A DNA stretch of 64,000 nucleotides from an uncultured Gemmatimonadales bacterium (GTDB lineage: Bacteria; Gemmatimonadota; Gemmatimonadetes; Longimicrobiales; RSA9), in assembly GCA_963708135.1 (NCBI GenBank), contig OY970192.1, forward strand, positions 352,001 through 416,000, read 5' to 3'. The notes beneath the pieces were generated by a model. That model was not told the origin of the DNA and searched no databases. It saw only the letters and a list, made by a program, of their open reading frames with translations. The translations under genes were made by a program, and so were the position numbers. Positions 20,137 through 32,741 of the stretch are shown here, piece after piece. Within the stretch, counting starts at the first letter, position 1. Every line of letters begins with the position of its first letter.

Positions 20137-20691
20137 ATGCCGTCCCGAGACGAAGCGGTGGCCCTGCTCGAGGAGTGGGTGGAGAACGAGGGACTCCGCA
20201 ACCACATGCGTGCGGTCGAGGCGGCGTGCCGCTTCTACGCGCGCAGCTTCGGCGAGGATGAGGAGGCGTACGGCCTGGCGGGGCTCCTGCACGACCTCGA
20301 CTGGGAGAAGTTCCCGGACGAGCACCCGCTGCGCGCCGTCGAGGCGCTGCGGGAGCGCGGCTACGGCGAGCCGGTGCTGCACGCGATCCTCGCGCACCGC
20401 CCGGATTTCACCCACGTCGCCCCCGAGACCCGGCTCGACCGCACGCTCCTCGCCTGCGACGAGATCACCGGCCTCATCACCGCCACCGCGCTCGTCCGCC
20501 CCACCGGCATCTCCGACCTCGAGCCGCGCTCCGTCAAGAAGAAGATGAAGGACAAGGCCTTCGCCGCCGGCGTGGACCGCGACGACGTGCGCCGCGGCGC
20601 CGAGCTGCTCGGCGTGGACTTCGACACGCACGTGGCGAACGTCATCGCGGCGATGCGCGAGATCGCGGGCGAGCTGGGGCTGGAGCGGTAG
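20137..20691 (+). CDS. HD-domain phosphohydrolase
   Basis: NHMRAVE, GLLHDLDWE, ACDE, KKKMKDKAFAAGVDR. Confidence 0.88.
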   Translation: MPSRDEAVALLEEWVENEGLRNHMRAVEAACRFYARSFGEDEEAYGLAGLLHDLDWEKFPDEHPLRAVEALRERGYGEPVLHAILAHRPDFTHVAPETRLDRTLLACDEITGLITATALVRPTGISDLEPRSVKKKMKDKAFAAGVDRDDVRRGAELLGVDFDTHVANVIAAMREIAGELGLER

Positions 20692-20791
20692 CGCGCGGCC
20701 GCGCGCCGTCCGCTGCGCGCCGCAAGCTGGTGCGGCGTCGCGGTTTCGGGCGTCTGTCTTCCGGATCGTTCACGGTAGTGGATACAACATC

Positions 20792-20834
20792 GGGGAGGCG
20801 AGGGGGCAGATCCCCCTCGCCTCCCCCTCTTGTT
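20792..20834. terminator. probable bidirectional intrinsic terminator
   Basis: Perfect 15-bp stem GGGGAGGCGAGGGGG-CAGAT-CCCCCTCGCCTCCCC between convergent genes. Confidence 0.75.
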
Positions 20835-20850
20835 GCTGCGGCCGCTTGGG

Positions 20851-21216
20851 TCAGGCCACGCCGGCGGCCTTGAGCACCTTCTCCACGTACTTGTCGATCC
20901 CGCCGATCACCTCGACCACCTGGGCGCCGTCGGCGGCGCGGACGTCCTTGGCGAAGCCGAGCATGGCCGTGCGCACGGCGTCGCGGTCCACCTTCTTGCG
21001 GCGCCCGCGGGCCGCGCCGCGGCGGCGTGGCCGGGCGGCGGCGGCCTTCCGCTTGATCTGGAGCGGATAGCGTGCGTGGAACTGCCGGATCGTGAGGCCG
21101 GAGACGCTCTTGTCGAGCTTCTTGGCCTTGTCGTAGAGCTCGTCGGTCTTGATGGCGGGGTTCTTCTGCAGCTCGTCACGAACCATGTCCATGACCTTGC
21201 CACTGGCATCCGGCAT
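20851..21216 (-). CDS. small basic hypothetical protein
   Basis: AAGGAG RBS; Lys/Arg-rich linker between two helical regions. Confidence 0.8.
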   Translation of the reverse strand: MPDASGKVMDMVRDELQKNPAIKTDELYDKAKKLDKSVSGLTIRQFHARYPLQIKRKAAAARPRRRGAARGRRKKVDRDAVRTAMLGFAKDVRAADGAQVVEVIGGIDKYVEKVLKAAGVA

Positions 21217-21439
21217 TGTTGGCTCCTTCGAGGGGGAGGCAGCCATGAATGTTTGCGAATCGCTGAATAAGGGGGCGCGCGGGTGCATCTGTCAAGAGGG
21301 CGCGTCGGCGTGCGGCGGAGGGGTGGGGAATGGCGTGCGAAGCGGGGCGTTCGGCGGTTCGGCTGGTGGCGCGAGATGGGGCCGCCCGCCATATTGTCGG
21401 CCGTTTGCGGGCGGGCGGAAACCGCAGAGTGGAGGATGA

Positions 21440-21691
21440 ATGGCGAAGCGAAGGAGGGTCGTCCCGGCGGCGGCGGCGGTGGTCGCGCTGGCGCTGGCGG
21501 GGTGCGGCGACCACGCGACGACGGACGAGCGCGGCTACACGAAGGCGCCGCTGGAGGATCCGAACCTGATCATCTCGCCGGAGCCGACGACGCCGATGTC
21601 GCGGCTCGGGGTGAAGCCGAACCTGCCGCCGGTGGTGGTGATCCCGGCGCCGGACACGACGAAGCCGCTGCCGGCGCAGACGAAGTCGTGA
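21440..21691 (+). CDS. small proline-rich lipoprotein
   Basis: Basic N-terminus, hydrophobic core, LAGC lipobox. Confidence 0.7.
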   Translation: MAKRRRVVPAAAAVVALALAGCGDHATTDERGYTKAPLEDPNLIISPEPTTPMSRLGVKPNLPPVVVIPAPDTTKPLPAQTKS

Positions 21692-21696
21692 ACAGC

Positions 21697-21767
21697 GGGA
21701 TTGGGGGTTCGGGGTTCGGGCGGTCCCGCCCGGACGCGTCCCGATCCCCGAGCCCCGAGCCCCGAGC
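21697..21767. repeat. inverted pair of heptamer tandem repeats
   Basis: (GGGGTTC)n facing (CCGAGCC)n between convergent genes. Confidence 0.6.
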
Positions 21768-22051
21768 TAGACCAGCGGTGGCCGGGGGCGCAGGGCGCGG
21801 CGGTAGAGCTCGATCTGCTCCTTGTCTCCGAGCTCGCGGGCGCGGGTGAGGGCGATGCCGGGAGGTAGGTGCCACTCGACGCCGGTCATGATGGTGTCGG
21901 TGGTGGACAGCTTGCCGTCGCGGCGGAAGAGCAGGGCGTTGTGCCAGGTACCATCGCTGTCGGGCTCGGAGCGGACCCAGACCTCGCGGCGCTGGCCGTC
22001 GACGATCAGCGAGCCGAGCTGTTCCTCGATCACGCCGGGCAGGGTGTTCAT
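21767..22051 (-). CDS. hypothetical protein (94 aa)
   Basis: MNTLPGVIEEQLG...RALRPRPPLV; GGAGGGA RBS. Confidence 0.7.
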   Translation of the reverse strand: MNTLPGVIEEQLGSLIVDGQRREVWVRSEPDSDGTWHNALLFRRDGKLSTTDTIMTGVEWHLPPGIALTRARELGDKEQIELYRRALRPRPPLV

Positions 22052-22072
22052 GCGGTCCCTCCGGAGGTGCGG

Positions 22073-23461
22073 GTGAAGACGATCATCGAGCCGTTCAAGA
22101 TCAAGACCGTCGAGCCGATCCGGATGACCACCCGCGAGGAGCGCCGGGAGCGGCTGGCGGAGGCCGGCTACAACGGCTTCCTGCTCCACGCGGACGACGT
22201 CATGATCGACCTGCTCACGGACAGCGGCACCGCCGCGATGAGCGCGGAGCAGTGGGCGGCCATCATGCGCGGCGACGAGGCGTACGCGGGCAGCCGCTCG
22301 TTCTATCGCTTCGAGAGCGCGGTCCGCGATCTCTTCGGCTTCAAGCACGTCATCCCGACGCACCAGGGACGGGCGGCGGAGCGGATCCTCTTCGGCACCG
22401 TGTGCCACCCGGGGGATGTGGTCCCCAACAATACGCACTTCGACACGACGCGGGCGAACGTGGAGGCCCGCGGGGCGAGGGCGGTGGACCTGCCCTGCCC
22501 GGAGGCGCGCGATACGCAAGAGCCACACCCGTTCAAGGGTGACATGGACGTGGCGGCGCTCGAGCGGCTGATCGAGACGGAAGGGCGCGAGCGGATCCCG
22601 CTCTGCATGATCACGATCACCAACAACTCCGGCGGCGGGCAGCCGGTCTCGATGGCCAACCTGCGTGAGGTGAGCGCCCTCTGCCGCCGGCACGCCATCC
22701 CCCTCTACCTCGATGCCTGCCGCTTCGCGGAGAACGCCTTCTTCATCAAGCTGCGCGAGCCCGGCTACGCCGCCCGCGCCGTGCCGGACATCGTGCGCGA
22801 GATGTTCTCGCACGCGGACGGCTGCACGTTCTCGGCGAAGAAGGACGCGATCGTCAATATCGGCGGGCTGCTCGCCACGAACGACGACCTGCTGGCCCAG
22901 CAGGAGCGCGAGCTGCTCATCCTGACCGAGGGCTTCCCGACCTACGGCGGCCTGGCCGGGCGCGACCTGGAGGCGATCGCGGTGGGGCTCGAGGAGGTGG
23001 TGCAGGAGGACTACCTGACGTATCGGATCGTCTCCACGCAGTACCTCGGCAGCCACATCTCCACGGCCGGCGTGCCGATCGTGCAGCCGCCCGGCGGCCA
23101 CGCCATCTACATCGACGCCGCCCGCTTCCTGCCGCACGTGCCGCCGCTCGAGCTGCCGGGCCAGGCGCTCGTGGCCGAGCTCTACCTGGAGGCCGGCATC
23201 CGCTCCGTCGAGATCGGCACCGTGATGTTCGGCCGCCGCGACCCCGCGACGGGCGAGGAGACGCCGGGGTCGCGCGAGCTGGTCCGCCTCGCCATCCCCC
23301 GCCGGGTCTACACCCAGAGCCACATCGACTACGTGGTCGAGGCCATCCTTCAGGTCTTCGAGCGCCGCGAGGCGATCGGCGGGTTCCGCTTCACCCACCA
23401 GGCCCCGGTGCTGCGCCATTTCACGGCCCGCTTCGAGCCGCTCTACGCCTTCGGCACCTGA
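22073..23461 (+). CDS. tnaA: tryptophanase (beta-eliminating PLP lyase)
   Basis: EPFKIK, DLLTDSGT, HQGRAAE, SAKKD (PLP Lys); C-terminal LRHFT (His as in tryptophanase; tyrosine phenol-lyase has Phe). Confidence 0.85.
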   Translation: MKTIIEPFKIKTVEPIRMTTREERRERLAEAGYNGFLLHADDVMIDLLTDSGTAAMSAEQWAAIMRGDEAYAGSRSFYRFESAVRDLFGFKHVIPTHQGRAAERILFGTVCHPGDVVPNNTHFDTTRANVEARGARAVDLPCPEARDTQEPHPFKGDMDVAALERLIETEGRERIPLCMITITNNSGGGQPVSMANLREVSALCRRHAIPLYLDACRFAENAFFIKLREPGYAARAVPDIVREMFSHADGCTFSAKKDAIVNIGGLLATNDDLLAQQERELLILTEGFPTYGGLAGRDLEAIAVGLEEVVQEDYLTYRIVSTQYLGSHISTAGVPIVQPPGGHAIYIDAARFLPHVPPLELPGQALVAELYLEAGIRSVEIGTVMFGRRDPATGEETPGSRELVRLAIPRRVYTQSHIDYVVEAILQVFERREAIGGFRFTHQAPVLRHFTARFEPLYAFGT

Positions 23462-23473
23462 GGTCGCCTCGGC

Positions 23474-23700
23474 GCACCCCTGCCCGGACACCTCCACCTG
23501 AACCTGAACCCGCCCCTGCCTTCCGCATCTGCCCCCGACCCCTGAACGCACACCTGCCCGTTCACGGGACGGCCGGTTCAGGTGACCATCACCTGCCCCC
23601 TGCCCCTGCCCCTGCCCGTTCACGGGCACGTGTAGCGGCACGGGCAGAAGGCAGAAACCGAAGGCAGGGGCAGGTTCAGGTGGAGGTGGAGGGGCAGGTG
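23474..23700. repeat. hexamer-based long inverted repeat element
   Basis: Exact 18-bp inverted repeat at 23489-23506 / 23671-23688, CCCCTG tandem units and two CCCGTTCACGGG palindromes inside. Confidence 0.7.
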
Positions 23701-26670
23701 TTACTTCAGCCGCACGATCTCCAGGCGGAAGGCGCCGGGCACGGGCGCGCCCGTGGGGCCGCGGAGCTGGAGGAACTCGGCGGCGGTCTGCACGCCCGAC
23801 AGGTCGAAGAGGGCCGCGGTGCCGCCGGGCAGGCCGTCGAGGGTGACGCCGAAGGCGCCGAAGGAGACCCGCTGTGGCGCGGACGGCCAGGCGGCGGGGT
23901 AGCGCTGCGGGTCGGCCGCGTGCAGCCCGGCGAACACCGAGGGCAGGTTCCAGCTCGGGAAGGCGAGCTGCGGCCGCTCCGGCGCGAGGCCGGCGTCGTC
24001 GTCGAGCGCGAGCGCGAGCGACCAGTCGGCGAGCATCTCCGGGAACGGATGCCCCGCGCGGGCCTCGAGGTTGGCGATGCCGGTGCGGCGCGGCTCCTGC
24101 ACGAGCGCCTTCAGGAAGTCCGATTCCGAGCCGGCGTACTGGTCGATCGTCCAGCGCAGAAGCGACCAGGCGCTGCCATAGAACGACGCATCTCCGGGCG
24201 GCACTGCGCCGAGCGCGGAGTGCACGGCCGCGGCGGCGAGGTAGTCGGCCAGGCGGCTGAAGTGGAAGTCCAGCACCAGCGGCGTGCCCGCGCAGCCGGC
24301 GTCCGCCGGACGCAGCTCGCAGGCGAGCGGGCTGCCGAAGCCAATGTCGCCTCCGGCCGCGTAGCCGAACACCTGCCGCGCCCAGATCTCCTCCGCGACC
24401 ATGGCGGTCGCCTCCTCGAGCCACGGCTCTTCCGCCGGCGCGCCGAGCGACAGCTTCTCGGCGTAGGCGGTGAGGTGCTTGGCCTCGTGGATGAGCGTGG
24501 CGCGCATGACCCGCCGCCAGCCCTCCGCCGTGAGGGCGCCCGGAACCGAGGGCACGATGCCCGCCGCGCTGTCCGTGGGCACGATGCCGTACAGGATCTC
24601 GGCCCGGTTGCTCTCCTGGCACGTGCCGTTGTCGAGGAAGTCGCCGGCGAACGTGAAGCCGTAGAGGTCGCCTTCGGCGTTCGCCCGCGGCGTGAGCAGG
24701 ATCATCACGTGGCCCGTGCCGCCGAGCTGGGCGTCGTAGGCCATCGGATCCCCGAAGCCGGCCTGCAGGATCGGGTAGTCCACGCTCTCGAACTCGCCCG
24801 CCACCGCGGCGTACACCGAGTCGCTCCGTCCCGCGAGCGGCGCGTCGACATCCTCCAGCACCACGGCGCGGGGGCCCACGTACGTCACCCGCGCCCGCAC
24901 GCTCGCAAAATCGCTGCACGGCGTGGCCGAGCCGATCCGCGGCACCCGCAGCGAGAGCGTGTCGCCGACGGCGGGCAGCGCCGCCTGCACCGACGCCTGC
25001 GTGGAAGCCGACGCATCCGCCGCCAGGACCGCGCGCGCCCCCGCCGCCCCGCCAGCCGAGCCTTCCCGCTCCGCCGCCTCGAGCAGCGCCCCGTCCCGCG
25101 CCAGCCGGCGCAGGTGCGCGGCGCCGCCGACCGGCCGCGTCCCCTCCGCGGCCACAGCGGCCGACACGCGCGCGGACAGCGGACGCAGTGAGCCGCTCGC
25201 CGTCGGGCTGGAGGCCGCCGTGCCGATCAGCGTGAAGCCCCCGGCGGCGCCCGCGCTCGCGGCGCCGTTGGCCACCGACAGCATGTAGCCGCCGCCCTCG
25301 TCCGGCAGCCGGACGCAGCGCGCGGCGGCCGGCTCGAGCAGGACCGAGGCGCCGGGCCCGAGCGCCACGGGGGTGGCCGCGGCCAGCGCGTGCGAGATGG
25401 TCTGCCCCACGCCGCCCACGCGCACCCCCACCGGCACGGCGAACGCCGGCGCGCACGGGAAGGCCTGGGCGGGGGGAACCGTCACCACGAGCTGTGACGG
25501 ACTCGCCTGCGTCACCGTGGCGGGCACCCCCGCGACGGTCACCGTGGTGCTGGACGTGGTGCCGAAGCTCGTGCCGGTCAGCGTGGCCGTCGCGCCGGGG
25601 CGGAGCGTGTCGGGCGAGATGGAGGTGAGGGTCGGCAGCGGCGCGGTGCCGGGCGTCGTCGCCAGCCGGGCGATCCCCGTCCGGCCCTCCGCCTCGGCGC
25701 GGATCATCGTGGCGCCCGGGTAGACGCCGAACGCCACGCCGCTGGAGCTCACCGTGGCGACCGCCGGGTCGGCGCTCGTCCACACCACCGGCCGGTCCGT
25801 GATGGCGTTGCCGTACGCGTCGGCCAGGCTCGCCGCGAGCTGCCGGCTCGCCCCCGCCGCGAGGTCGAGGGAGTCGGGCGCCAGCGTGACGGTCGCCACG
25901 GGCCCCGCCGCCCCGATCGCGTGGAAGCGGACGCTGTCGGCGATGCCGGCGACGGCCGCCGCGGCCGCGTTCCCCCCGGACTTCGTTCCCAGCCGCCAGC
26001 GGGTGCGCGCCACCCCCGCCGAGTCCGTCGCGCTCGTGGCCGGCTCGAGCGAGCCGCCGCCGAGCGTGGCCGTCCACGAGACCGCGACGCCGGGCACGGG
26101 GTTGCCGTGCCCGTCCGTCACCCGCGCCGCGAGCGAGGTCGGAAGCTGCTCCGCCACGGCCCCCGTCTGCGCGTCGCCGGCCGCGCCCGCCAGCTTGGCC
26201 GGCGCCCCCGGCCCGGCACGCGCGTGGAACAGCGCCGTCAGCACGCCCGTGGCCGCGTGCACCGTCGCCTGCACCACCGGCGGCTCGGCGGTGCTCGTGC
26301 CGAGGGTCCAGGTCGTGCGCGCCGTGCCGGTCGCGTCCGTGAGCGCCCCCGCCGAGGACAGCGAGCCGCCGCCGGAGCGGATCACGAAGTGCACCGTAGC
26401 GTTGGCCACGGGCTCGGTCTCCTCGTCCAGCACGCGCACGGCCAGTGGCTCGGGCAGCCGCGAGCCTACCGTGGCCTGCTGGTCCGCTCCCCCGACGATC
26501 ACCATGGACGACGGCGCGGAGGATGGGCCGGCCGGGTCCGAGCAGGCGCCCCAGAGGAGGGCGAGCGCCAGCACGACGCCGGCGGCGAGCGCGGCGCCCC
26601 ACCGGAGGTCCGGGCGGCGAGATGTGCGAGCGGTGCGGGTCACGGCCGTGTTCCTGATGTTTGCCGCCAA
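23701..26670 (-). CDS. lipoprotein with Ig-like (Big-1/Big-2, IPT) domains and a HEXXH metallopeptidase domain; start uncertain
   Basis: LWGAC lipobox-like site, repeated TDATG/TDSAG..W.LG Ig units, VVWTSADPAVATV, LTSISPD, LIHEAKH...WLEEATA. Confidence 0.8.
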   Translation of the reverse strand: MAANIRNTAVTRTARTSRRPDLRWGAALAAGVVLALALLWGACSDPAGPSSAPSSMVIVGGADQQATVGSRLPEPLAVRVLDEETEPVANATVHFVIRSGGGSLSSAGALTDATGTARTTWTLGTSTAEPPVVQATVHAATGVLTALFHARAGPGAPAKLAGAAGDAQTGAVAEQLPTSLAARVTDGHGNPVPGVAVSWTATLGGGSLEPATSATDSAGVARTRWRLGTKSGGNAAAAAVAGIADSVRFHAIGAAGPVATVTLAPDSLDLAAGASRQLAASLADAYGNAITDRPVVWTSADPAVATVSSSGVAFGVYPGATMIRAEAEGRTGIARLATTPGTAPLPTLTSISPDTLRPGATATLTGTSFGTTSSTTVTVAGVPATVTQASPSQLVVTVPPAQAFPCAPAFAVPVGVRVGGVGQTISHALAAATPVALGPGASVLLEPAAARCVRLPDEGGGYMLSVANGAASAGAAGGFTLIGTAASSPTASGSLRPLSARVSAAVAAEGTRPVGGAAHLRRLARDGALLEAAEREGSAGGAAGARAVLAADASASTQASVQAALPAVGDTLSLRVPRIGSATPCSDFASVRARVTYVGPRAVVLEDVDAPLAGRSDSVYAAVAGEFESVDYPILQAGFGDPMAYDAQLGGTGHVMILLTPRANAEGDLYGFTFAGDFLDNGTCQESNRAEILYGIVPTDSAAGIVPSVPGALTAEGWRRVMRATLIHEAKHLTAYAEKLSLGAPAEEPWLEEATAMVAEEIWARQVFGYAAGGDIGFGSPLACELRPADAGCAGTPLVLDFHFSRLADYLAAAAVHSALGAVPPGDASFYGSAWSLLRWTIDQYAGSESDFLKALVQEPRRTGIANLEARAGHPFPEMLADWSLALALDDDAGLAPERPQLAFPSWNLPSVFAGLHAADPQRYPAAWPSAPQRVSFGAFGVTLDGLPGGTAALFDLSGVQTAAEFLQLRGPTGAPVPGAFRLEIVRLK

Positions 26671-26814
26671 GCTAACCGCGGCGGCGGCCCCTTCTCAAGG
26701 CACCCCGCGCGGCGCAGCGGGGCCCGCTGCGCGGGGTTGCGCGAGCGCCCTCGGGCCCGCCAACTTCTCCGGCTGGAATACACCGGGACCACGCGCGCGC
26801 TCCCCGAGGGACCC

Positions 26815-26931
26815 ATGAGCCTGGCCGGCACCATCACGTTCATCGTCGTCGCAGGGATCGTCTGGGGCGGCTTCCTCCTCATCCTGGTGACGGCCGTCCG
26901 CAGGGAAGGCCGCAAGCAGCGAGAGGGGTAG
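26815..26931 (+). CDS. 38-aa single-TM protein resembling MetS-type NSS transporter small subunits
   Basis: MSLAGTITFIVVAGIVWGGFLLILVTAVRRE; WGG motif; GAGG RBS. Confidence 0.55.
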   Translation: MSLAGTITFIVVAGIVWGGFLLILVTAVRREGRKQREG

Positions 26932-26937
26932 CCCGCC

Positions 26938-30258
<3,321 letters not shown>

Positions 30259-30364
30259 GATATACCGGCTCCGGGTGCTTTGACCCGGGGCCTACCAGGG
30301 TGCCGGCCTTCGCCGCTCTCGGGAGGTCTGCTCTACCGGCGCCAACCGGCGCCACAACAATTCC

Positions 30365-30381
30365 CTGACAAATCTCTGACA
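30365..30381. promoter_or_regulatory. CTGACA-N5-CTGACA direct repeat (second copy at 35087-35103)
   Basis: 11-bp periodic repeat conserved in both duplicated leaders upstream of the AraC-like genes. Confidence 0.45.
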
Positions 30382-30517
30382 AGACCTCGATCTCGCCGGC
30401 CGCGGATGAGGGTATCTTTGCTCGCGGCGCCTCCTCACGGCCGGGCGCATGTCGGCAGATCCGAGCCGAGTGTTCTGCGCCCACCGCCGGCACGCTTTCC
30501 AGGTCCGAGGTCAAATC

Positions 30518-31292
30518 ATGTCGCGGCTCGAAACCCAGCTGCCGGTCTTCAGGATGGATCCGCCGGAGTATCGGGAGCCTCGGCGGATCACCGCAGCCGA
30601 GGCGGAGGACTGCAGCCTGCCGCATGGTACGGTCCTCCTGCTGCGAGGCAGTGAGGACCGTACGCTCGATGAGCTCCTGAGCTCGTATGAGGCACTTCAC
30701 CTCCGGATCGCCGGGGCACCCGTCGTACTCTGGACCGACCTGCTGCCGCGCGGGGCTACGATCGAGATCGTGCAACGCCTCGCGCGAGCCGGTTTCGATC
30801 CCCCGCTCCTGGATCTCGAAGCGACGCTTCACCACCTGCGGCAGGAGCTGACGAACGTTGCTCGGTTTCCCCGGGCCTTCGTGTCCTGGGCAGAGGCGCG
30901 GGGGCTGGTCCGGGATTATCGACTCGAGAAGGATCTTCACTCGCTCGTGACGGGCGCGCGCGAGCATCGCACCCTGTCGGCGTTCGCGGGCTCCGATCGG
31001 GTTCTCAAGAGCCTCGAACGTGATTTCGACCGCGGCTGCCTTAAGCGGCCGTCCGCATTCTTCCACGTCGTGCGGCTTCTCTGGTTCTGTTTGGACTTGC
31101 AGCGGACTCCGGACGTCCGGATCGCTGACGTTGCGGTCGAGTTTGGCTACGCCAGCGATAAGGTGGGTTTCGAAGACCCTGTCCGAGGGGCTCGGGTTCC
31201 GGCCGACCGAGATCCGGCATCATCTCGGCTGGCAGTGGTTGGCACGGAGTGGGCTCCGGCGGCAGGGGGTCTTCCGGGCTTCGCGTGAATGA
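30518..31292 (+). pseudogene. AraC-like transcriptional regulator with an apparent +1 frameshift near 31160
   Basis: IADVAVEFGYASD continues in another frame as RWVSKTLSEGLGFRPTEIRHHLGWQWL (AraC second HTH) if one A of GATAAGG is removed. Confidence 0.7.
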
Positions 31293-31581
31293 CGGTGCCC
31301 GGCTCCCCCCAATCACGACAGTTTTGTCCGCTGCGGGAGGTTCCGCTCGCGATCTCTTTCGGATAAACTGTTGACTTGATTGCGTCTGCTGAGCCAATGT
31401 CCAATAAATCGGATCCGCCGCATGTACAGTTCCATGTCGGGCGCTCGGCCCGACCAGGCGAGAGCGGACCCATCGGCCATCGGATCTCCCCCTCTCCCTC
31501 TCTCACACTTCGAGGCGAGCAACAACCGACTTCTCATTGCTGTGCGCGCCGGCAGGGTTCCCTTCAACGGAGGAATTGGCT

Positions 31582-32193
31582 ATGCTGAGTACCCGATACC
31601 TGCTTCTCGGGCTCCTCGCAACAACAACGGCGGTCGCGCGCCCGTGGCAAAGGCCGCCGGCGCCGAAGCCCGAGTGTGTGGTGGCCCATTCCTGGGTCAA
31701 CAGTAACTCGCACAGGATTCCCCAACACCTTGCGGAGTTCAGTAGTTACGACCTGGCCTTTCGCAAGGCCATCTTCAATGCGCTCCCGAAGAGCGCGCAA
31801 GCGCGGCTTTGGCATGAGCAACTCCGCCAATATGGGCATTCGCGGCGCCTCTCTGCGACACAGCGCGCATTCGTCTTAGCGTTGGATCGCAGGCTTGAGT
31901 CTCTGCTTGCCCCGGATAACCGTGCCGAGCTAAACCGCGTTTCAAACGACGCCCGACGCGTGCTCGGCTTCGAACTGGCTCGGCAAGTTATCGCCGACCT
32001 CGGTGGTCCAGCCAAGCCGATCGTTACGACTGTCGCGCGGCAGATCTCCCAGTCGGGGTGTGGCTGCAGTACGGACAGTGATTGGTGTAACCCCGAAGGG
32101 CTTGGGTGCCGCAGCGACCTGCTCCCCTGTGAGCCAAGCGAGACTGGGTGCGGAACCTTTTGGCAATACTCCTGCGACGGCGACTGTTTTTAG
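31582..32193 (+). CDS. fulvocin C-related bacteriocin precursor
   Basis: GGAGG RBS, signal peptide, helical prodomain (RKAIFNAL...LWHEQL), C-terminal 8-Cys peptide CGCSTDSDWC...C...C...TGCGTFWQYSCDGDC. Confidence 0.8.
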   Translation: MLSTRYLLLGLLATTTAVARPWQRPPAPKPECVVAHSWVNSNSHRIPQHLAEFSSYDLAFRKAIFNALPKSAQARLWHEQLRQYGHSRRLSATQRAFVLALDRRLESLLAPDNRAELNRVSNDARRVLGFELARQVIADLGGPAKPIVTTVARQISQSGCGCSTDSDWCNPEGLGCRSDLLPCEPSETGCGTFWQYSCDGDCF

Positions 32194-32366
32194 GACGGTA
32201 GCTTTCCCCAGGCCGCGGCGGCCGGCGTGGCGCGTCCGTCTTCACGCCGGCGCGGCAGGTCGGGCAGGCAACGACGCGCTCTTGTGGCAGCGGACGCCCT
32301 GGGGCCGCCTCGCGCGGGTGCGTGCGCTTCCGCGAACACGGGCACGCAACGGCACCTCTTCGAAAT

Positions 32367-32741
32367 ATGCCAAGATTCGATCGTGAATTCCGCCGCAGAA
32401 TCCTGTATTGGGCGGGCTTCCCATACCCACGCTACGCGCTTGTACTCTTCACGTCTGGCGCGGCTTTCTGGTTCGCCATTCGAATTCTCTTACTCGCGGG
32501 CATGCTGATCGCGGGCGTTCGATCACTCCAGCAACTGGCTTCTCCGAACTGGCGCGTGATCGCCGCTGTAATCGCTGTACCTTCAGGACTTACTCTGGGG
32601 GATGTCATCCTTTACCGAGAACGGGTGCTTTACCGTGACCTCGGAGGACGACTTTCGTGGGTTTTACTAATTTCAGCTATCGGCGCTTTGCTTCCGGAAC
32701 TCGTCATAGAGACAATCGTCATGGCCCTCGTAGCGCGATGA
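32367..32741 (+). CDS. small membrane protein, possible permease/immunity partner
   Basis: About three TM segments; ATGA-coupled to the ABC ATPase. Confidence 0.65.
   Translation: MPRFDREFRRRILYWAGFPYPRYALVLFTSGAAFWFAIRILLLAGMLIAGVRSLQQLASPNWRVIAAVIAVPSGLTLGDVILYRERVLYRDLGGRLSWVLLISAIGALLPELVIETIVMALVAR

Noticed and set aside
22073..23461. Tyrosine phenol-lyase
   Set aside because: C-terminal LRHFT favours tryptophanase over the LRFFT of TPL, although not proven.
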